From the NCBI GenBank assembly GCA_043228905.1, contig JBHGNT010001304.1:1-10035 (forward strand): 10,035 bases of DNA, read 5' to 3'. Position 1 is the first letter of the stretch, and each line of letters begins with the position of its first letter. The stretch is from Azolla caroliniana. Lineage: Eukaryota; Plantae; Polypodiophyta. This document shows, piece after piece, positions 1 through 9,015 of the stretch. A program made the translations under genes and the position numbers. The notes below the pieces were generated by a model. The model was given only the letters and a program-made list of their open reading frames with translations. It did no database searches and was not told the DNA's origin.

Positions 1-130
1 ACGAATTTGGTGGGGTTTTCTGCATTAAAGCACTACCGATCGCGATATCGGATACGTCCACGAATACGTGAAAGGGCTTTGTCCAATCCGGGGATTGGAC
101 TACTAGGGCTTGGGACAACATGACTTTCAG
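1..130 (-). pseudogene. Ty3/gypsy RNase H domain, N-terminal part
   Basis: Reverse complement reads MLSQALVVQSPDWTKPFHVFVDVSDIAIGSALMQ, matching the PDxxxPFxxxxDASxxAIGxxLxQ start of retroelement RNase H. Confidence 0.9.
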
Positions 131-299
131 TGATTGGTATGCCGTGTCCTCTCATTCTGTCCATATGGACTGCTGCGTGTAAAAGGGTCGCGGAATCAAC
201 AAGGTATCAGAGCATACGGCTATGCCACTGTATTTGGCCCAGAAATCGGCTGAGTGCTTTGGCCGTAGTGGGGGCTGGGGCATTGAAGATGGCTTGAAC

Positions 300-918
300 T
301 TTGTCTGGGTCCATAGCGATACCCTGTTTACTAACAATGTGACCTAGTAAAGGTCCGCTTGTCACTTGGAAAACACATTTGGCCGGATTGAGGCTGAGCC
401 GTGTGTGTCAACATCTCTTGAGGCATAATCGTAATTGCACAAGGTGTTCCGTGTGTTGTCGATAAACAACGAAATCATCAAGGAAGACTTGCATAAAGGC
501 TGGAATGAAGTCTTGAAAGATTTCGGAGATTATGCGTTGAAATGTGGCGGGGGTTGTTTTCAAGCCGAACATCATAAATGGCTACAAATAAACCCCATTT
601 TGTTACGAAGGTTGTTTTCTCTTGATCATCCGGGTGCATTCGAATTTGATTATAGCCATTGAAACCGTCGAGAAAGCTATAACAATTGTGGCTGGCCACC
701 GTATTGAGGATGTTGTCGGTGAATGGGATTGGAAAGGCATTTGTGACCGTGACGACATTAAGTTTCCGGTAATCCACAAAAACCCGGATTTGTCCATTCT
801 TTTTTGGGACGACCACAATAGGACTTAGCCATGTGACCCTTTTTACCAGCCGGATGAACCCTACGCATAGTAATTTGTCTATTTCTTCTTTTACTTTCGC
901 TGCATAGTTGGGATTCAT
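300..918 (-). pseudogene. Ty3/gypsy reverse transcriptase (frameshifted)
   Basis: ORF 478-918 has WLSPIVVVPKKNGQIRVFVDYRKLN and SFLDGFNGYNQI. After a frameshift near 570-580 the frame reads MMFGLKTTPATFQR...AFMQVFLDDF, with the catalytic (Y/F)xDD at ~475-486. Confidence 0.95.
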
Positions 919-1399
919 ATGGTATCGTCGTTGTTGAATTAGTCGTGCGTCTGTTTGAACGTGTATCTAGTGGTAGTACGGAGGATCTAGGCCTTTCATG
1001 TCGTTGTAGGACCACGCGAACACGTCCTGACACTTCGTAAGCAGTCCTATTAAGGCCAATCTGTCGCTAGTTGCTAGGTCTTTGGCAATTTTTACAATAC
1101 GTGGCTCGGAAGGTGAGCCGAGGTTGACGTCTTCTAAGGTGGAGGGTTTTACACACTACGATATTGCTAATTCGTGGTCAAGTGCATCACGGGCTTGTCG
1201 AAGTTCTTTTATTGGTGTCGGGTCAGGTTCGTGGGAAACTTCGTGATCGATGGCATTGGTTACGTAGGGTTCGACGACCGAAAGGACGTCGATTTCAAAA
1301 AGCGGAACCATCGTAGGGTGGTCATCTAGGAATGAATTCATCTCGTCATCTGTGAGACCATCTAACATATGGACTCCTTAAGCGTATAATGGACTATTG

Positions 1400-1795
1400 T
1401 CAGGAGTCGGGGTTTGTGCTTCTGTAAAAATGCGGACTTTAGTTTTCATGTGCCGAAATGAGATCATGTTACGCTGCCAGTGCTGCTTGATGTTGGCAGT
1501 ACGCAGCCATGGACGTCCAAGCAGGAGGGGGTAAGCATCAGGGACCTTTAAGCATGGGATTACGGCTGACACGATAAAAGCGTGTCCTCCCAAGGTAAAT
1601 TCCAAGTTTCAAATGAGGCCTATCGGGCGTATTGACCGTGTATCCGCCATTCGTAACCAGAATGGACACGACTCCGATTGAGTGATGCTGATCTTGTGGC
1701 ATGTCACTTTGCTAATGACATTGACGCTTGACCCACCATCGATAATGCATCCGGGAACTTCGTGACCTTGTGAGATGAGTTGTACGGCTGGATTT
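1400..1795 (-). pseudogene. Retropepsin-like aspartic protease of the retrotransposon
   Basis: Minus strand reads NPAVQLISQGHEVPGCIIDGGSSVNVIS (active-site Asp motif, ~1715-1750) and downstream YPLLLGRPWL (ORF 1378-1605), with an internal stop. Confidence 0.88.
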
Positions 1796-2091
1796 TGTGT
1801 CCATCAGATGAGGTTCTGGTGTCCGGGCCTTGAGGTTTACGGATGGATGCAACGGATCCCGATTTGTGAGGGAATGGATCGTCTCCTTGAGGCGAGGTAA
1901 CAGGTGGAGCAATTTATGCAGCGGCATTGAGATTTGGGAATCCGCGAACACTTGCCACCCGGGATCGGCATCAGTGTGATCGGTAGAGCTAGGTCAATCC
2001 GAATGTGCAGTCTGTAGTTGGTCGCGTTTCCGTTCATTGGATTCCACTATGTCGGCTTTCATACGGTCTATGTTGGCATTTTTGGTTGCAT

Positions 2092-2480
2092 CTACCCAAT
2101 CCTTAGCCTGGTGCCGATGGGGCAGTGTGGTCGTGAAGGATAGTCAAGGGCGGAGTGCCCAGATCTGGCGCATGCCATGCATTGTAGCGCTTGCTGGAAC
2201 TGTGTTTCCTCAGTCGTTGGTAAGGCAGTTTGAAGCGTTCCTGTGAATGAACTACTATGATGTACCCATTGCAAATGAATTGCTGCAACCACTTGCTCGA
2301 TGGTTTGTTGTGAAAAATCCGTGAGAGCCAACGTCGTGTGTAAAGGCTCATAGAGGCCGGCCAGGAACGTATCCTTTAGATGGTTTGCTGAGACATCCTG
2401 TGCTAGTTGGCGATAGAGATCTTGAAATCGGAGAACAAACTAGCATACGACTTCGTTGGGTGCCTGTGTGAACATGTTTG
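2092..2480 (-). pseudogene. Gag C-terminal part (capsid C-terminal region plus CCHC zinc knuckle)
   Basis: Reads FTQAPNEVVC*FVLRFQDL...DTFLAGL (QxxxE...RF major-homology-like motif), then CMACARSGHSALDY (decayed CX2CX4HX4C) and HCPI, the apparent start of a second, deleted knuckle. Confidence 0.8.
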
Positions 2481-3929
2481 CGTTCAGAAGTGGAAGGATC
2501 GCACATTCCACTTTTAGATTCCCTTTATAGTTACACAATTTTAGCTTGTTGTGAAATATGACGTGCACCAGTATCACATGATAAACCACAGGGGGTGAAT
2601 TTATTGATTTATTAATCGGATACATCTCTATACCAAGAGAACATGCTAGTTATTGGAGAAAATATAAATGTACTAGATTTATTCTTGCAATGTTTACACA
2701 TTTAGGGTTGGTTTTTACTGCACATTCATTTTATACAAATTAATTATTTGACTAAATCATTAACAAACAGGAATTCCATTCTCGCGAGATGTAAAGTGCA
2801 TAGGTTTACAGTGGTTAAACTTTCCAAGAGAGGTGTATACGCTATTTGAGAATTTGATATTTACATATTATTGAATACAATACATAATGACTAATAGTTA
2901 GTAAAGATCATTAGGATATAATACCAAATGTATATGTTCATGACAACACATGAAAATTAAAAGTAGAAAGCGTACTCATAACTATTAGTTTCGATTACAT
3001 TAGACATATAAGAATATACCCAAAACATATATGACTATTATTAAGGTATAGGCAGTGCTAAATTTTTGGGTGCCATAATAGAGATAACTCTCCGATATTA
3101 ACGTTAAAGCATGTATTAAAATTTTCATTTGATTGTCTACACATAAACACTAAATCAAGAGGTTAAACACATATATACAAATGGAGTAGTAATAATAATC
3201 TATATAGATCACACATTGATAGCCCTCTATACATCCAGTCCAGAGAACCAACCATAGAAACATGATTATTGTTGTACAATCCCCTCTAATAAAGCAAATA
3301 CTTCCCAATATCTACAAATGCCTCCTTCAGTCCCAGTAAATGTTACTTATCATAGTTATTTTATAAGTATAATAAATTCCAAAAGTGATTGGCAATAGCA
3401 AACATGGAACTAAGTTTTATAAACACAATTGATGGGTAAATATGAAGAATGAACATGTCTATTTTCTTTGATCTTAACTATATACTTAGATGATAGTCCA
3501 ACAAATTTAATAAATATGTGCCGCAAGATATAAACATAGCAACACATTAATTAAAACATAATATAACACCATATCAACAAATAAATTAGATCATATTAGG
3601 AAATAGAATTGATTAAAAGATCTTTGATCAGAAGTAAATACATTAAAAGTTTTTTTATAAACTCTAACTACATCGCTAGGAGAGTATCCATATCATTGGA
3701 TTCATCATCAATCGGTGAACTATCATCCACATTTAGCGCAGTAGTATCCACTCCAGATAGACTCGCTACCATGGGGTCCTCCGTTAAGTCATCGTCAAGC
3801 TCTACGAGTTCCCCAGGTTCACCAGCCAAAGGAGGGATCGGTTCACGGGAGGCAGGCTGAAAACGTTCGGTATTTGCCATATGTTTGGCCCCTACCTCCT
3901 CATCTTGATCGGGGCATTCCCAAAGCACG

Positions 3930-4780
3930 CGAAGCCTCATGTTGATGAAGTTCACCTGCTCCTCATCTTTCTCCAATGCGACCGAATTTCAGAAAAGCTT
4001 CAAAGCACATGCCAAAGTGGTGCCTAAACACCATAAATAAGAAATAATGAGTATTATCATAGGTCTAAATATAAATAAAACCGTCAACACATTGGGAAAA
4101 ATTTTCGACCATTTATCTGTGCCAGAAAAAAGTCCAATATCCAGTCATCTTCATTCAAAAACATCTCCACAAGACGCATCATTAAACGTTGGGGCTTCTG
4201 GTAGGGATTCACAAGCCCGCGCTCAGTCGTGGTCACATGTCAAAGCTTCTGTGTCACGCCTGGATATACGAGCAGGTTTGAGCATCCCACCTCATTTGAA
4301 TGCTCCTTGATTCTTTGCTTCTTGATCTTGTCATAATAACCAACTATTATATATTCCATTGCGTTGACGAACTGAAAATTCGGTCCCCTATTTATGTTGG
4401 TTTTAATCCTGATCATGGAGAAAAAAGTTATAAGTAGTTTAAATTACAATATATAATTCCTATTGAAATACAGTGCTTTCGATAAAATCCTCACCAAGCA
4501 AGGTTCTCAATTCCATGGCAACGAGATCTCAACGCTTGAGCCACAGAATATCCATGATCCATGCTATGCAATATTACAATTCTCCACAAGGAAGCGGTGG
4601 TCAAGTCGGCAAAATCTTTTACCATTTTTTCCAACTGCTTGAACCTAAAAGGTTCATCATCGTAGATTGAACCAGCCATACGAAAACCGTATGGAATATC
4701 AGCTACCATTAACGTATATTGTTTCTTTGGCAGCTTCTGGATCATGTCATCCACATCACCACAATAAACATTGTAGCACA
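3930..4780 (-). pseudogene. Beta-class (circularly permuted) amino-DNA methyltransferase domain spread over three exons
   Basis: Order: YCGDVDDMIQKLPKKQYTLMVADIPYG (motifs III/IV, DIPY at 4689-4700), ENLAWIKTN, MEYIIVGY, VNPYQKPQRLMMRLVEMFLNEDDWILD(x)FSGT|GTTLACALKLF*NSVALEKDEEQVNFINMRL (motifs X, I, II). Catalytic motif before the FxGxG SAM-binding motif is diagnostic of N6_N4_Mtase beta class. Confidence 0.9.
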
Positions 4781-5699
4781 GATCTCTGGTGATGTCTTTT
4801 TTGTGGCTGAACTTCTTGAAGGTGCCATCATCTTCCACCTCAAACACCCTTACCAAGCGTCAATCCTTCTCTTTTTTGGCCCTTTCAAGATGTGCAAGAA
4901 AGGATGTTGGAAAGTCATGTATATCCTTTATTTCAGCAGGCCTCTTACTCTGACATGGTTTCTAAAAAAAATAAGACATCAACAAAGTTATAGTGATACA
5001 CGGGATGGACCACCAAAAATTGATCAAAGAAAGAGTTATACTCACCCAATCCTTAAATGGAATGAAATATTCTGATAACGTCTTGTACGAAGACGTTATC
5101 GGATATTCTTCAGTCACTTGTTCCCACGATAAGCAACCTAGTTGCTTCATCATCACTTCTTGTATTTTCATATAGACTTTGTGGCTGAAAATTTATAAAC
5201 CAACATTAAAAATTCATTACTTAAAACAAGATAAACCATAAAAAATTTAGTAAGACCTTGTTGAACTCCGTAACCATTTCCTCTAGGCTCAACTCCTTTG
5301 CTACAACTCTTGAAAGCACAGATATAAGAACTTGCTCATCTTTGATCCCTTGCATTGCCCTCCATAAAGACAACTTCATATCATTTGCCGCTTCCTCAAT
5401 GGTAAGCTCAATCTTCTTCGCAACTGAGCTCTTCAATTCTAATTGAGGGTCAACTTTCGAATTCTTTTGTCTTTGACCCTTCACTTCCTTATTCTCCCAC
5501 ATCGTAAATATTTGATCTTGAAGATCCCAAACTCCTCCATCCCTAAATGCGAATTGAAACCACGGCTCATACTTTCTGATTCCATCAGACTTCATCGCAT
5601 CGTCCACCACAATTCCCACTTCGTGGAGACATTGACGTCGTAGAGCTGGATATAATTTCGCTCCAAATTTGGTTTTCCTGTCGGGGTACTCATGGTGAA

Positions 5700-6135
5700 A
5701 AAATCTAATGCGTTCGATGGAGGACATCTTCTGCCGGTAGTCATTGTCGTTATTGTGGTCCCATGCTAACAACTTCGCCTCCCCAGTTGTTAACCCCACA
5801 TAAATTTTGCATTCCGCATATTTGAAGAAGAACGTTGTGGGATGCTCGCAGAATAATTGTCGTCTTGCCTCCGCCGAGTGAGATCCTCCAATCACAAAAT
5901 AATTGTATTGTTCGTGGTTCTTAATATCAAAATCCTCTAGCTTAGAGCACTCAAGAGGATCCACCATTACAATAAAAGGCACCACCATTGCATGAGGGTT
6001 GATTTTCATCTTATTCTTTAAATTTTGGACGTGCAGCTTATGTGGTTCCCTGATCTCCAAAGGGCGACGTCCTGTATTCTCATCCAGAGGGGGGTGATGA
6101 ATATGGGTTATCGGAAGGTTAAAAACTTTCCCCTT
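5700..6135 (-). CDS. ParB/sulfiredoxin-like domain within the 421-aa open segment (part of the disabled fusion gene)
   Basis: VFNLPITHI...IREPHKLHVQNLKNKM...VPFIVMVD...YFVIGGSHSAEARRQL...CKIYVGLTTGEAKLLAWDHN...KMSSIERIR follows the ParB-N pattern (R..V..L..S/M; PhhV; YxhhxGxH(R)xxAxxxL; ExxxhAhxxN; hSxhE). Motif recognition only. Confidence 0.7.
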
Positions 6136-7261
6136 TCGCACAAGTTTTCTATGTATTAATAAGTCCCTTCTAATTTTATTTTGGTCTGATGAGAACACAC
6201 TAGATGCCAGCTCTGCTCCTAGTGTAGCTTGAGCCTCTTCATCCTCTGTTGAACTCGATGACTCAGAATCTGACATTCTCGTCACCTTCATTTTTGGAGG
6301 CCTGGATTGCACTGCAAATTTCCTTATTGGTGCTTTAATAGGCGATAAGGAGGTTGTCTTCAAATTAACATGACCTTGAATATATGGCCTCAGTGTTGTT
6401 ATTAAGTTAGTACTTGTCTCAATAGCATGTCGAAAGGATTCTGGCCCGCATGAATCCTTCAACAAGTAGTCTTCGGAGACCATCATCTGTTAGACTCAAT
6501 TTGTACAATTGACTAATACAATCAAATTAGCTGAATCTGCGTCTTCATAGTTCAATCGCAAGATTTTGACATAGCTAAATGCACGATCTTGAGCAAACAT
6601 ACCACGTCCAGCCAGTTTGGTAACTAACAATACTACTTTCTTTTACGAGTCTACATATTGCATTGCCCACTCATATCCAGTTAAGTCAGTGCCTAACTGG
6701 TCGTCACTTCCTCCAACTGCGACAGATGTTTTCTGACTAACCTCGTCAGACGGCTGCCTCACGACTTCGTCTTCAAACATGAGTTTCTTTCCTTTTTGTG
6801 GATATGTCACAACAGGGATCTTTATGGTGTCTGGAAGTGAGCTTTGATACTTACTCTGAATTTTGTTGAGTGGCCTCTCCTCTTTAGAGTCAGTCGACCT
6901 GCATGAAATAATACAACAAATGAACCTAAACCTATAATCTCTCAAATGAAAATGTATTGTAGTCTAGAAAATGCGATAACAAAAAATAGTTTGGCCTTAT
7001 GAAGCTCTTGCCTGACCAATAGTGTAGTGGAGAAAGATTTGTATGGGGTGTCAAATTATATACAGTATGAAAATTGGTAGTATGGAACGCCAAATTAGCA
7101 ATCCAGTATAATTATGGATTTGAAACCTAGGGACTGGACAGAGGAAAATGTATATTTAACGTTGTCGTAGTGTATTTCGTACACTACGTGAAAAAGTAAA
7201 AATAATATAACCGATTTAATTACATATAAATAAATAAAATAATATATCAAGATATTTATCA

Positions 7262-7332
7262 CGTGCATAGGGCAGGATTCGAACCCTGTACCTCCACATA
7301 GCCAAACCTCAACTTTACGATTATGCTACCTT
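7262..7332 (-). other. tRNA-derived / SINE-head-like segment with Pol III A- and B-box-like motifs
   Basis: Minus strand GGTAGCATAATCGTAA (A-box-like, 7330-7315) and GGGTTCGAATCCTGCC (canonical B box/T-loop GGTTCGAATCC, 7286-7271) at tRNA-like spacing. No convincing anticodon arm or acceptor stem. Confidence 0.5.
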
Positions 7333-7690
7333 ATCTTTAGTGTTCTACAAATAGATTTAATAACTATAAGTGCTTTATTTGCACCTACCTTTATTAAAAG
7401 GTAAATCGTGCATTTTTAGAGTGCGTGAATATTTTATAGAAAAACGCAAGCAACTAAAAAGTGACTCATGCACATCTAGCGTGCATGAGCACTATATTTA
7501 GCAAATAAAAGCAAGGATTAGAAAAGCATCACATGCACATTTAGTGTGCATGAACATATTAGAAAAAAAAAGCATGTAGCTATGCTTAGTCTCTCCCATC
7601 ACTACATAAGGATGGGGAGCACAATGTAATAGGTGTGTGAAATATTTGGAAATTGGATATATTTCCGAAAACACCAACCGATTAATATAA

Positions 7691-7824
7691 TCGTGGGATT
7701 CACGAAAATAATATAATCTATACTTGTGGGATTCACAAGTTTATTATATCTTTCTTTCAATCTAAATACATATTCTTATCTAAATATTGATTAATCGAAT
7801 ACAATACACTCGTGGGATTCACGA
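7691..7824. repeat. Three dispersed copies of an imperfect palindrome TCGTG-GGATT-CACGA
   Basis: Copies at 7691-7705, 7722-7740 (ACTTGTG GGATT CACAAGT) and 7810-7824. Confidence 0.8.
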
Positions 7825-8106
7825 AATTTCTATCTCTCTTTCTAATAATCTATTCATTACTAGCCTCATCTCATATTCTTCTTTCTCCTAGTCCAAAACC
7901 CCGGTGGTTCCCACCCGACTCACGCAAACGATCCGGAGCCGAAAGGCACGACAACGTCTCATAGTCCACCAGACACTAAAATTAGTAAGATTTTGGTATC
8001 CCTAGCAGTACCTAAATATCAACTTTATTGACCCAATTCTACCGTATTTTGACTTAATTTAGAATTTTTGAACCTATTTTTACTACTTATTTTTGGTCTA
8101 ATGTGT

Positions 8107-8951
8107 GTTATGACCCCCAACCCGATACTACGTATCGAGTTTTAGCCTGGGAGCCACAACTCGATACGCCGTATCGAGTTTAGACCCCCAATTCGATACG
8201 GCGTATCGAGTTTAAGCCCTGGGAGCCACAACTCTATACGCCATATCGAGTTAAGACCCCCGCGTATTGAGTTTTAGCATTGGGAGCCACAACTCGATAC
8301 AGCGTATCGAGTTAAGACGCCCAACTCAATACGCCATATTGAGTTTTAGCCCTGGGAGCCACAACTCGATACGGCGTATCGAGTTAAGATTCCCAACTCG
8401 ATATGCCTAATCGAGTTAAGACGCCCAACTCGATACGCCTAATCGAGTTTTAGCCCTAGGAGCCACAACTCGATACGACGTATCGAGTTAAGATGCCCAA
8501 CTCAATATGCCGTATCGAGCCGTAACGAGTTGGGAGGCATAACTTGATACGGCGTATCGAGTTGGTGGACATAACTCGTTACGTCGTATCGAGTTGTAGC
8601 TCCCAGGGCTTAAACTCGATATGTCGTATCTAGTTATGTCCCGCAACTTGATACGGCGTATTGAGTTGTAGCCCTAGGAGCCACAACTCGATATGGCGTA
8701 AGGAGTTATGTCCACCAACTCGATACGTCGTATCAAGTTGTAACCCTAGGAGCCACAACTTGATACGCCGTATCGAGTTATGTCCCCCAATTCGATACGG
8801 TGTATCGAGTTGTGACACCTAGGGCAACAACTCAATACCGTGTATCGAGTTGGGGGACATAACTTGATACGCCGTATCGAGTTATGCCTCCCAACTCGTT
8901 ACTGTGTATCTAGTTCTAGCCTTAGGAGGCACTAGATACAGCGTAACGAGT
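8107..8951. repeat. Array of 23-bp palindromes (AACTCGATACG-N-CGTATCGAGTT) with mostly alternating 9-bp and 17-bp linkers (72-bp higher-order unit)
   Basis: Cores start at about 8119, 8158, 8190, 8230, 8291, 8323, 8363, 8395, 8427, 8467, 8499, 8541, 8573, 8613, 8645, 8685, 8717, 8757, 8789, 8829, 8861, 8893, 8930, plus half cores at ~8262 and ~8521. Linkers are AAGACCCCC/ATGTCCCCC-like and TTAGCCCTGGGAGCCAC-like. Confidence 0.95.
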
Positions 8952-9015
8952 CTAATACGAAATATAAAGTACGTAGATAATCATATGTCCGTACAGTTTA
9001 GGGTTTAGATCCTAC

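Larger units (their letters stand above)
1..2480 (-). mobile_element. Degenerate Ty3/gypsy LTR retrotransposon internal region (partial gag, protease, RT, start of RNase H); continues past the window start, 5' gag and LTR not found
   Basis: Minus-strand domain order gag-PR-RT-RH with no integrase between PR and RT is the Ty3/gypsy arrangement. Many stops and frameshifts split it into the short ORFs of the track. Confidence 0.95.
3668..6898 (-). pseudogene. Intron-containing gene for a ParB/Srx-like domain + beta-class N6A/N4C DNA methyltransferase fusion, disabled
   Basis: Hand-built exons (minus): 6898-5257, 5184-5046, 4961-4495, 4408-4117, 4023-3668, with 72-93 bp AT-rich introns. Two junctions are canonical and in phase (TGG|GTGAGT..TTTAG|AAA and TG|GTGAGG..ATCAG|G giving ENLAW-IKTN). 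The 5257/5184 junction is one base out of phase and the 4116 donor is AT. In-frame stops at 4860, 4240, 3989 and 6643/6496/6490 (6496/6490 may lie in an alternative intron 6602-6487). One-base frameshift in the A-run 4126-4131. Confidence 0.85.

Noticed and set aside
435-2246. Plus-strand ORFs 435-662, 622-828 and 2037-2246, and alternative-frame minus ORFs such as 603-818 and 758-1033
   Set aside because: Antisense or out-of-frame shadows of the gypsy gag-pol with no motifs of their own.
2520-3660. Coding potential in the AT-rich tract (including the upstream part of ORF 2440-2625) and ORF 9117-9299
   Set aside because: Very AT-rich, short, no motifs; consistent with 3' UTR/intergenic sequence.
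3609-5643. Plus-strand ORFs 3609-3860, 4047-4310, 4473-4670, 4719-5075, 4993-5175, 5258-5446, 5443-5643
   Set aside because: Antisense to exons of the ParB-methyltransferase gene, whose minus-strand motifs and splice sites explain the region.
3668-6898. Bacterial or phage contamination / restriction-modification operon
   Set aside because: The coding region is interrupted by spliceosomal-type introns at conserved motifs, adjoins an LTR retrotransposon, and has no operon structure or restriction gene.
7166-7188. Canonical Helitron 3' end
   Set aside because: A hairpin is present but no CTRR follows at the expected distance on either strand.
7262-7332. Functional tRNA gene
   Set aside because: Only the T-loop/B box is convincing; acceptor and anticodon stems cannot be folded.
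8630-8818. 62-aa ORF with internal repeats
   Set aside because: Simply the translation of the 72-bp repeat unit.
8107-8951. CRISPR array (palindromic repeat with regular spacing)
   Set aside because: Intervening sequences are only 9 and 17 bp and are themselves repeated rather than unique, no cas genes are visible, and the context is eukaryotic.
8997-9008. Interstitial plant telomere repeat (TTTAGGG; also at 2701-2707)
   Set aside because: Under two units; better read as a telo-box or a chance match.
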